Shown in pieces: positions 55,744 through 64,000 of a stretch of 64,000 nucleotides of DNA. Source of the stretch: Synechococcus sp. (GTDB taxonomy: Bacteria > Cyanobacteriota > Cyanobacteriia > PCC-6307 > Cyanobiaceae); NCBI GenBank assembly GCA_047284725.1, contig JBJBEO010000001.1:2072203-2136202 (forward strand), in the 5' to 3' direction. The position numbers were made by a program, and so were the translations under genes. The notes under the pieces are model-generated. The model did no database searches. It had not been told where the DNA came from and saw only the letters and a list, made by a program, of their open reading frames with translations. How positions within the stretch are numbered: the stretch's first letter is position 1; each line of letters begins with the position of its first letter.

Positions 55744-56594
55744 GCAGCCCTCGTTTTCACCCGGCTTGGACCAGCTGGCTCAGCCAACGCCGGCGCTGGA
55801 TCCCCACCATCACTCTGATCCCAGTGCTCTACGGACTGGGTTGGCTGGTGATGCAACCGGTGGCGTACCTGATGCCAGCCCTGCCCACCGCCAGCCGCGA
55901 CCTGCTCGGTACAGCCATCAGCCTGTTGCTGTTCTTCATTGTTCTTCCCAGCTGGGTCAGGATTCGCTGGACCACTCGCCATCCCTGGAGACAGCTGGGC
56001 CTCAACCGAGCCAGCGGCAGTCCACAACGACGTCAAGGGTTGCTGCGGGGCTTGAGCTGGGCAACAGCTCTTCTTGTCTTCATCAGCTTGATCAGTTTGG
56101 GAGGCAACTGGGCCTACTGGCTAGGAGACCTCCCCGTTCCCAGACTGATCAATGCATTCCTGCTCTGCTTTGGGGTTGGATTAGCCGAGGAGCTGCTCTT
56201 CCGCGGCTGGCTCTGGGGTGAACTCAACCTGCTGATTGGAACCAAGAGGGCAGTACCGGCACAGGCGGCGATCTTCAGCCTTGTGCATACCCGCTTCGAC
56301 CTGGGGGTCTGGCCCATGGTCGGCTTACTGGTGGGCTTGTTTCTCCTGGGCATGGCCCTGGCGACACGGCGCCAGTTGGACCAAGGCTCTCTCTGGGGCT
56401 GCGTTGGCCTCCATGGCGGATTGGTTGGCGGCTGGTTTGCCCTCCAGTCGGGACTCCTGCAATGGTCACCTCAGTCACCGTTGTGGTTAACCGGGCCTGG
56501 CGACAACCCTCTTGGGGGCTTCGTCGGCATTGTGGCGATGGGCTCCCTCGTAACAGTTCAGCTCACGGCATTGGCTAGAGCAGCACGTCCCTGA
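55740..56594 (+). CDS. CPBP/CAAX intramembrane protease (start uncertain)
   Basis: AEELLFRG, FSLVH, LHGG motifs; several hydrophobic helices. Confidence 0.88.
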   Translation: MSSPRFHPAWTSWLSQRRRWIPTITLIPVLYGLGWLVMQPVAYLMPALPTASRDLLGTAISLLLFFIVLPSWVRIRWTTRHPWRQLGLNRASGSPQRRQGLLRGLSWATALLVFISLISLGGNWAYWLGDLPVPRLINAFLLCFGVGLAEELLFRGWLWGELNLLIGTKRAVPAQAAIFSLVHTRFDLGVWPMVGLLVGLFLLGMALATRRQLDQGSLWGCVGLHGGLVGGWFALQSGLLQWSPQSPLWLTGPGDNPLGGFVGIVAMGSLVTVQLTALARAARP

Positions 56595-58186
56595 ACAGGT
56601 GCACGGAGTGCTTCATTGAGCGGCGCTTTGCCGTACTCCCGCTCCAGAAGATCCATCACGGTGCACCCGAAGTTGCTGGGGTCACGATCGAACGCCTCTA
56701 AGCAAACCCTGCCAAAGGTGCTGCCCATCGGCTCCGGATTCCAAAGAAGCTTGCGAGCCGTCCAGGGCATCATGCTCATTGGGTTGTAGCCCGGCCTGAT
56801 CAATCCCTGATCGAAGCCGTATTGCTCGAGATGGGTGTGGGGTTGCAAGCCGATGAAGAAAATGGCCGGCTCCACCCGATCCTCACCGAAGATCCGCTCC
56901 ATCTCCCTGTGATAGGCGACGGTCTGGCGGATCGTTTCCGGCCTCTCATCGATGACATTGAAGGAGTAATTCACCGACACGTGATCGCGAAAACCCGCAT
57001 CAGCCAGCATGCGGCAGCTCTCGAGCACGGTGCGGAGGTTGTAGCCCATGCGCATTTTGCGCACGAGTTCCTGGGACCCGGAGGTGATCCCGATCTCGAA
57101 GTAGCTCATGCCGGTTTCAACCATGAGCCGAGCCAGTTCAGGATCAAGGTTGTCAGCCCGGATGTAGGCAGCCCAGCGGATGCCTTCGAGACCCTCCGCC
57201 TTGATCGCGCGCAGCAGCTGCTTGGCATCCTCGATGTAGCGGCGCGCGGGAATGAACTGGGCATCGGTGAACCAGAAACCACGCACACCGCGGTCATAAA
57301 GCTGGCGCATTTCCTTCACCACCTCATCCACCGGGTTGAGGCGCACCTGCTTGCCCTCGACCACGGTGTAGACGCAGTAGCAGCAGTTGTGGGGACAACC
57401 GCGCTTGGTCTGCACGCCCACGTAGAAGTCGCCGCCCTCGAGATACCAGTCGAGTTGTGGCCAGATCGAGGCAATGTAGTCGTAATCGCAGGCCGTCTTA
57501 GGTCGACTCTCGGGTTGCTCATGAATCAGCCCGGCACGGGGTGGCTCCCCCGCAACAAAACAGCGTTCCGAGGCCAGAGACCGACCGCTGAGCAGCTTCT
57601 CCAGCAGGGGCTCTCCCTCGCCGACCGAGACGATCGTGCCTTTGGGGAGCGATCGGCCCAGCTGTTCATAAAACACACTCACCGCCCCGCCACCGAGAAC
57701 AGCCCTGGCGTCTGGTTGATGGCGGCGCGCCCAGCGCAGACCCAGCTTGACGAGGCGCTGATTGCGGAAGAGCTCGCCGTAGTGGCTGGTCATCAGGCGA
57801 AGACCGCCCAGGGCACCACGCAGCCGTTTCAAGGGATTGCTGGCGTAGAAGACCTCGAAGGAATTCTGAAGAGGGTTGCCGCCCCGGCCATCCACCGGTG
57901 CATAGATCTGAATGTCCCGCCAGGAAAACACCAGCAGAGTGGGGCGGAACTGATCCACCACCGTCTGGAGCACCCGCTCGACATCGAGCACAGGCAGGGC
58001 CGCCAGATCCAGCACCCGCTGCGGAAGGGAGGGGAAACACTTGTGGAGATGATCGGCCAGATAAATCGGACCGATCGGAAAAATCGGATTGCACGGCAGC
58101 CGGATCAGCAGCACACGCTCGCCTTCGGACGGATCTGGCAAGGACTGCGTCGGCGGCTGATCGGAGGGAAGCGGTGCGAAAGCCAT
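56558..58186 (-). CDS. PSII high-light-acclimation radical SAM protein (Slr0320-like)
   Basis: RLPCNPIFPIGP, KRGCPHNCCYC; divergent from psbA. Confidence 0.88.
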   Translation of the reverse strand: MAFAPLPSDQPPTQSLPDPSEGERVLLIRLPCNPIFPIGPIYLADHLHKCFPSLPQRVLDLAALPVLDVERVLQTVVDQFRPTLLVFSWRDIQIYAPVDGRGGNPLQNSFEVFYASNPLKRLRGALGGLRLMTSHYGELFRNQRLVKLGLRWARRHQPDARAVLGGGAVSVFYEQLGRSLPKGTIVSVGEGEPLLEKLLSGRSLASERCFVAGEPPRAGLIHEQPESRPKTACDYDYIASIWPQLDWYLEGGDFYVGVQTKRGCPHNCCYCVYTVVEGKQVRLNPVDEVVKEMRQLYDRGVRGFWFTDAQFIPARRYIEDAKQLLRAIKAEGLEGIRWAAYIRADNLDPELARLMVETGMSYFEIGITSGSQELVRKMRMGYNLRTVLESCRMLADAGFRDHVSVNYSFNVIDERPETIRQTVAYHREMERIFGEDRVEPAIFFIGLQPHTHLEQYGFDQGLIRPGYNPMSMMPWTARKLLWNPEPMGSTFGRVCLEAFDRDPSNFGCTVMDLLEREYGKAPLNEALRAPVQGRAALANAVS

Positions 58187-58333
58187 GGGAACTCTGATCG
58201 GCGTCTCAGCAGCGCTTCAAGTGGGACTCGACGCTAACAATCATCAGCCAAGGGCAGCGCCTCGACCCTGGACGAGGCAAGACCCGTTGCAGCAGGCGGG
58301 GCCGCGGCCTGACGAGGAAATGATTGCGGAAGC

Positions 58334-58425
58334 GTTACAGCGCTCAATCTTCCGTTACAATGGCTTTGGCAGGGCATTCCTGCCCTTCCGTAACCGTCTC
58401 TTCGGAGACCTTCTTTTCCGTTCTC
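58334..58425 (+). promoter_or_regulatory. psbA promoter and structured 5' leader
   Basis: GTTACA (58334-58339), TACAAT -10 (58356-58361); hairpins AGGGCA-TTCC-TGCCCT and GTCTC-TTCG-GAGAC. Confidence 0.7.
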
Positions 58426-59505
58426 ATGACCACCACCATTCAGCAGCGCTCCGGCGCCACTGGCTGGCAGCAGTTCTGCGAGTGGGTCACCTCCACCAAC
58501 AACCGCCTCTATGTGGGCTGGTTCGGTGTGCTGATGATCCCCACCCTGCTGGCCGCCACCACCTGCTTCATCGTTGCGTTCATCGCAGCACCCCCCGTCG
58601 ACATCGACGGCATCCGTGAGCCCGTTGCTGGCTCTCTGATTTATGGCAACAACATCATCTCCGGTGCTGTTGTTCCTTCCTCCAACGCCATCGGCCTGCA
58701 CTTCTATCCCATCTGGGAAGCGGCTTCTCTCGATGAGTGGCTGTACAACGGCGGTCCCTACCAGCTGGTTGTCTTCCACTTCCTGATCGGCATCTTCTGC
58801 TACATGGGTCGCGAGTGGGAACTCTCCTACCGCCTCGGCATGCGCCCCTGGATCTGCGTTGCCTACAGCGCACCTGTGGCTGCTGCTTCTGCAGTGTTCC
58901 TGGTCTACCCCTTCGGTCAGGGTTCCTTCTCTGACGGCATGCCCCTGGGCATCTCCGGCACCTTCAACTTCATGCTGGTGTTCCAGGCCGAGCACAACAT
59001 CCTGATGCACCCCTTCCACATGCTGGGTGTGGCTGGTGTTTTCGGCGGCAGCCTGTTCTCCGCCATGCATGGCTCCCTGGTGACCTCCTCCCTGGTGCGT
59101 GAAACCACCGAGAGCGAGTCCCCGAACTACGGCTACAAGTTCGGCCAAGAGGAAGAGACCTATAACATCGTGGCTGCCCACGGTTACTTCGGTCGCCTGA
59201 TCTTCCAATACGCTTCCTTCAACAACAGCCGCAGCCTTCACTTCTTCCTGGCTGCCTGGCCTGTCGTTGGCATCTGGTTCACTGCCCTGGGCGTCAGCAC
59301 CATGGCCTTCAACCTGAACGGTTTCAACTTCAACCAGTCCATCCTTGATGGTCAGGGCCGCGTCCTGAACACCTGGGCTGATGTGCTGAACCGCGCCAAC
59401 CTCGGCATGGAAGTGATGCACGAGCGCAACGCTCACAACTTCCCCCTCGACCTGGCTGCTGCCGAGTCCACTCCTGTGGCTCTGCAGGCTCCTGCCATCG
59501 GCTGA
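58426..59505 (+). CDS. psbA: Photosystem II D1 protein, D1:2 (Glu130) form
   Basis: MTTTIQQR start, [15 protein letters not shown]. Confidence 0.99.
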   Translation: MTTTIQQRSGATGWQQFCEWVTSTNNRLYVGWFGVLMIPTLLAATTCFIVAFIAAPPVDIDGIREPVAGSLIYGNNIISGAVVPSSNAIGLHFYPIWEAASLDEWLYNGGPYQLVVFHFLIGIFCYMGREWELSYRLGMRPWICVAYSAPVAAASAVFLVYPFGQGSFSDGMPLGISGTFNFMLVFQAEHNILMHPFHMLGVAGVFGGSLFSAMHGSLVTSSLVRETTESESPNYGYKFGQEEETYNIVAAHGYFGRLIFQYASFNNSRSLHFFLAAWPVVGIWFTALGVSTMAFNLNGFNFNQSILDGQGRVLNTWADVLNRANLGMEVMHERNAHNFPLDLAAAESTPVALQAPAIG

Positions 59506-59544
59506 GGCTGAAGTCTCAAAGAGATTCAGCTGCGGTTGAATCGC

Positions 59545-59574
59545 AAAGCCCCCGCCGTCTGGTGGGGGCTTTTT
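59545..59574 (+). terminator. psbA terminator
   Basis: AAAGCCCCCGCC-GTCT-GGTGGGGGCTTTTT. Confidence 0.9.
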
Positions 59575-59714
59575 GTTATCTCAACACCTAGGAAATTGCT
59601 GGCCAGCGCTTGCCTGCTGCTCATGCAGTGATGCACAAGTGCAGCATTGTGTGTCGATGTGACTGGCAAGTCTTAAAGAGGCTCTTAACTTGCAATGGGA
59701 TCAGAAACGAAACA

Positions 59715-59879
59715 ATGACGAAAATCTGTCCCAGGATCAGGGGTGCATGGGATCGCGCCTTGAATGCTCTCGGCATTCAAAAGACAACCTCGGTCTTTCG
59801 CTTTGTTCGCGACTGTCCAATCCTCTCGGTCTTCGCCTTAGCCATTGCCGTTGCGACGGTGGTCATCGTGATCGGCTGA
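59715..59879 (+). CDS. Small hypothetical membrane protein (54 aa)
   Basis: ATG-start ORF with a C-terminal hydrophobic helix; stops 1 nt before the GGDEF ORF. Confidence 0.45.
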   Translation: MTKICPRIRGAWDRALNALGIQKTTSVFRFVRDCPILSVFALAIAVATVVIVIG

Positions 59880-59880
59880 T

Positions 59881-61380
59881 TTGCGCGTGAGCAAAGAACT
59901 TCGACGATCGAAAATATTCCAGAAGACCGGCTGCACCAGGCTCTGTTTTGTCCTGGGTGGAATCGGAGCATCGCTCACCATTGGAGCCACTTCACTCACC
60001 TACCTGTTTCTGCACGAGCAACTGGAATTCACTGCGTCACTCCTGGCCAAGGAGCGGGTTTCAGCTGCCTGTGGTTCGTTGCATTCGCTGACCTTTGAGT
60101 TACTGGAATCATCGCTGAACCGCACCGATCCAAAGCGAGATCTACCTGCATGGACGCTGGGAACAGGCAACTACACAGCCGATGGCATCAGGTGGACCTC
60201 ACCCCCAGCGTCAGAGCTCAAGCGCAACGTCACACGCATCCCCCAACAACAGGCTGTTCACAGAGGGCACGGCAAAGCATCTCCGACCACCGAGCCTGAG
60301 CGCAACGAAGCCGCGCACAAACTTCGTCATTCGGTACCAGAAAGCGCTTGCACCTTACATGGAGTTCAAAAGAACGGCGAAGGGAGGGCACTACCAGTCG
60401 CGCTGTTTTCCATCCCTAGAGAACAGCAGCAGATCGCACTGGCAACTCTGTCCGATGAAGGCATCGCTCTCGACGAAAACGACACAGGACGATTTGCCAT
60501 CATTGATCTCACAAAGATGATCAATTCATTCGCAATGAATGAAAATCAATCCCTGATGTCAAGCTGGCTCCCTGACGAAAAAGCCTGGCTGAAGATTGAA
60601 ACATCTTTATCCACATATTCGATGGACAACGTGAAGCATGTGAGCGATGAACATATCCACTACCTGACGAATCCTCCTGATCCAATACAAAGACAACAAG
60701 CGTCTGAGACAGGTCTTCACCAGATCGTTCTCCTCACAGCCAATGGCATGGAAATCATCTATGAAGCATGGGTGGATTACAGCCTCCTTGATCGCCTACC
60801 CAAACGCATCGCCGGACTGATTTTCATTATCGGGTTGATGAGCTCTGGGGTTGGAGTGATGATGAGTCGAACTGCACTGATCAAGGAAGCGAAGATCAGT
60901 GAAGAACTCCGCAGACAGAGCAGAACCGACAGCCTGACGGAACTTCCGAATCGTCGCGAGTGGGACGAACGTCTGGATCAAGAAAACAACATCCTGCAGC
61001 GACACAATCGGAGCTATGCCATCGCCGTAATCGACCTTGATGGGTTCAAAGCAATCAATGATTCATTGGGGCATGCGGCTGGCGATTTGCTTCTCAAGCG
61101 TGCGGGCAAGACCCTGAAAGCAATGATTCGCAGCGAGGACATCGCCGCAAGGGTCGGTGGCGATGAATTCACCGTTCTCTTCTGTGAACCAACAGAGGAT
61201 GGCGAGGAACAACTCCTGAAGCGTCTTGAAACCACCTTCAACGAACAAGGGATCAGCACGTCGATCGGGATTGCCTACTCCCAACGGAATCAAACCCTCA
61301 TGGACCTCTGGCATCGCGCGGATCAACTGATGTATGACTTCAAATCTGCGAAAAAAACCAAGAGGGAACGCAACGACTAG
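59881..61380 (+). CDS. Membrane-bound diguanylate cyclase (2 TM, large extracytoplasmic domain, GGDEF)
   Basis: TDSLTELPNRR, DLDGFKAINDSLGHAAGD, RSED I-site, RVGGDEF, SIGIA, ADQLMY..K. Confidence 0.92.
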   Translation: MRVSKELRRSKIFQKTGCTRLCFVLGGIGASLTIGATSLTYLFLHEQLEFTASLLAKERVSAACGSLHSLTFELLESSLNRTDPKRDLPAWTLGTGNYTADGIRWTSPPASELKRNVTRIPQQQAVHRGHGKASPTTEPERNEAAHKLRHSVPESACTLHGVQKNGEGRALPVALFSIPREQQQIALATLSDEGIALDENDTGRFAIIDLTKMINSFAMNENQSLMSSWLPDEKAWLKIETSLSTYSMDNVKHVSDEHIHYLTNPPDPIQRQQASETGLHQIVLLTANGMEIIYEAWVDYSLLDRLPKRIAGLIFIIGLMSSGVGVMMSRTALIKEAKISEELRRQSRTDSLTELPNRREWDERLDQENNILQRHNRSYAIAVIDLDGFKAINDSLGHAAGDLLLKRAGKTLKAMIRSEDIAARVGGDEFTVLFCEPTEDGEEQLLKRLETTFNEQGISTSIGIAYSQRNQTLMDLWHRADQLMYDFKSAKKTKRERND

Positions 61381-61502
61381 CGTGTTCACAAACGCTTTGC
61401 CCCTCGGCCCTCGTCTGGAGATTGATCGTGGGAAAGGCGAAAAACCTCCATGCGTTCTTCGCTTGAAACGCAAGGCAGGATGTTCAGACTGAAGGCAGAG
61501 CG

Positions 61503-63014
61503 ATGAGTTTCTTCACCTCTCTCACTGAGGCCATGGTGAGCCGTCAGTCCTTGCTCGTGACCGGCCTGGATCCCAATCCGGAGATGCTTCACCGCTGGGC
61601 CCTCTCGAAGGGCCTTGGAGGGAGCTCCTTGCTGAGTCAGGCAAGGGCATGGTGCAAATCGGTGATCGAAGCCACCGCAGACCACGTCTGCGCGTACAAG
61701 CCAAGTCTCGGTTTTTATCAGGCCATGGGTTCAGCAGGTGTGGAGCTGATGCTCGAAGTGCGTGAACTTCTGCCCGACGATCTTCCTCTCATCATTGATC
61801 TCAAGCATGGGGATCTGAACAGCTCCAGTGCCATCGCTGCCTATCTGTTCAAAACCCTGCATGCCGACGCTGTCACCCTCAATCCCCTGGCAGGCCAAGA
61901 TATCGCCGCTCCCTTTCTGCTTTATCCGGGCAAAGGCGTGCTGATCAATTGCCACAGTTCCAATCCAGCAGCAAGAAGCCTGCAGCACTTTCCCAATGAA
62001 GAGCATCCCCTGTACTTGCAGGTGGTACGGGAAAGTCAGCGCTGGGGAACGCCTGATCAATTGTTGTTGGAAGTCGGCACCAGTGACCCCAGCGTTCTCG
62101 CACGGGTGCGCCAGGCAGCACCGGAACGGTTTGTGATGCTCCGCTCGCTCTGGGGGGAAGAAGGAAACCTGCAATCGCTCCTCGCGAGGGGCCTCAATGC
62201 AGCGGGCGATGGCCTGCTGTTGCCCTTGCCCCAGAGCCTGCTCAATGACGACGACATCCACACACAGACCGCAGCTCTGAAGCACCGCATCAACACCATG
62301 CGCGAACAGCACATGAGCACGCACCGCGAAACGCTGGCAGTGCGATCAGAGCAATGCCGGATCTGGCCCCATGGGCAGCCTTCAGAACCGATGCAGCCAG
62401 GCCTTTCGCAAGAGCTCAGGGATCTGGTGGTCGACCTGTTCGACATCCGTTGCCTGCTTTTTGGTGAGTTCAAGCAGGCGAGTGGCGCCATCTTCAATTA
62501 CTACGTGGATCTTCGCCAGATCATTTCGGACCCGGCCTTGTTCCGGCGTGTCCTGGATTGTTATGCCGAAGTGCTGCAGACACTGCGGTTCGACCGGATC
62601 GCCGGCATTCCCTATGGGTCTCTCCCAACGGCAACCGGACTCTCCCTGCAATTGCACAAGCCCCTGATTTACCCGCGCAAAGAGGTGAAGGCGCATGGCA
62701 CCAGACGTCTGGTAGAGGGTGAATTCAATGAAGGGGAAACGGTGGCGGTCGTGGACGACATCCTGATCACCGGTGGCAGTGTGCTGGAGGGGATCGCCAA
62801 GCTCACCAACTCAGGCCTCACGGTCAACGACGTGGTGGTGTTCCTTGACCATGGCGGTCGCCATGACACACAGGCGAAACAACGCCTCGCTGATGCAGGC
62901 CTGAATCTTAAGGCGGTACTCACCCTTGACAGCATCAGCGAAGTCTTGGAGGAGGCAGGGCGCATCAGCAGCAGCCAGGCAGATGCGCTGCGCTTCCACC
63001 ACAGCAAGTGTTGA
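61503..63014 (+). CDS. Fused OMP decarboxylase / orotate phosphoribosyltransferase (PyrF-PyrE)
   Basis: GLDP, YKP, DLKHGD N-terminal half; ASG..YYVDLR, RKEVKAHG, VVDDILITGGS C-terminal half. Confidence 0.92.
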   Translation: MSFFTSLTEAMVSRQSLLVTGLDPNPEMLHRWALSKGLGGSSLLSQARAWCKSVIEATADHVCAYKPSLGFYQAMGSAGVELMLEVRELLPDDLPLIIDLKHGDLNSSSAIAAYLFKTLHADAVTLNPLAGQDIAAPFLLYPGKGVLINCHSSNPAARSLQHFPNEEHPLYLQVVRESQRWGTPDQLLLEVGTSDPSVLARVRQAAPERFVMLRSLWGEEGNLQSLLARGLNAAGDGLLLPLPQSLLNDDDIHTQTAALKHRINTMREQHMSTHRETLAVRSEQCRIWPHGQPSEPMQPGLSQELRDLVVDLFDIRCLLFGEFKQASGAIFNYYVDLRQIISDPALFRRVLDCYAEVLQTLRFDRIAGIPYGSLPTATGLSLQLHKPLIYPRKEVKAHGTRRLVEGEFNEGETVAVVDDILITGGSVLEGIAKLTNSGLTVNDVVVFLDHGGRHDTQAKQRLADAGLNLKAVLTLDSISEVLEEAGRISSSQADALRFHHSKC

Positions 63015-63125
63015 GGAAACCTTCCAAGGAATGAGCAACGCTCCGGCGCCACTGGCCCTCACCATCGGTTCATTGGTCAGGGTCACCTGATTGGAAACGG
63101 CTGAGGTTGCAATCCAGCCAACGGC

Positions 63126-64000
63126 TCAGCGCAGCTGAACCAGACAACCCTCACTGCGAGGCGGGGGCTTTGGTGTTGTGGTCCCATGGGGATCCGCCAG
63201 CGGAGCAGCCGCCAGGGTGTCGTTGAAACGATCGCGAATCGCAATGACCTCATCGGCATGGGCTTCGATGGCATCAACGCAGCGATGGTCCAGCTTTCCA
63301 GTCGCGACCAGTCGCCTCAATTCAGCCATCGCCTCGTCAGGGCATCGAAGACATCGGCGACCGCAATGATGCGCGCCTCTAACGGCACGGCATCTCCGGA
63401 CAAACGATTGGGGTAACCGGAGCCATCGAGACAGTCGTGATGGGCCGACACCACATTGAGCATGACGTCAGCATCCGGCAGTTGATCAAGTTGAAAATCA
63501 CCGAGCATGCGTTGCAGTACAACGAACCCTTTGTTCACGTGGGTTCCCATCACCGCCCGTTCGGCTGGCGTCGACGGGCCTGGCCTGAGGATGATCCGGT
63601 CAGGAATGCCGATCTTGCCGATGTCGTGCAAGGGCGCAAACAGATAAAGATGCTCGATGTATTCATCGGTCAGAGCACAGTCGCGCTGGAGATGCTTGGC
63701 AAACTCCCGGACGACATGGGCCGACGATGCCATGGAACGCACCAGACTCATGTCTCGACTGATGGTCATGCCCATCAACATCGAGAAAACCGACAGGTCT
63801 TTCTGCACCCGAGGCGTGAACGCCGCTAAAGAACAGGAGTCGTAGAAGAGAACGCCGATGAATTCTCTGCCTTCAAACAACGGAACCGTGAACGACGACT
63901 GGTAACCCTGATCAAGCAACCAGCGGGAATGGCGGTTCACGGGCTTCACCACCTCCTAGATCGCGTCGAGAACCCTCGGCTCACCTGTGCACGCCATGGT
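63126..64000 (-). pseudogene. GAF + HD-GYP phosphodiesterase pseudogene (5' end beyond window)
   Basis: LHDIGKIGIPD, HH..LDGSGYP, ARIIAVADVFDALT; in-frame TAG at 63956-63958; frameshift near 63335-63340. Confidence 0.88.

Overview
GC-rich chromosomal window of a marine picocyanobacterium. Gene order and protein sequences point to Synechococcus; this is inference and the strain is not identified. It is mostly core genome: the end of the ribosomal cluster (secY-adk-rpmJ-rpsM-rpsK-rpoA-rplQ-truA-rplM-rpsI-rpmE-prfA), an HNH gene, alr, tRNA-Ser(GCT), psaI/psaL, psaA/psaB, a cbiG-cobJ fusion, tRNA-Pro(CGG), lipA, glsF, the str operon plus rpsJ, pheA, rne-rnhB, dapL, clpS and a D1:2-type psbA. Two accessory segments both carry c-di-GMP signalling genes. 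(1) An AT-rich island of about 5 kb at the 3' end of tRNA-Pro holds a tight three-gene operon: a membrane sensor joining an extracytoplasmic c-type-heme domain (CxxCH, DUF3365/Tll0287-like) to a cytoplasmic LOV flavin photoreceptor domain with no output domain, then a membrane GGEEF diguanylate cyclase, then an EAL phosphodiesterase. This is the best candidate for an undescribed system. (2) Downstream of psbA lie a second membrane GGDEF protein, a pyrF-pyrE fusion and a GAF/HD-GYP pseudogene with several lesions. No CRISPR array, integrase or transposase was seen.
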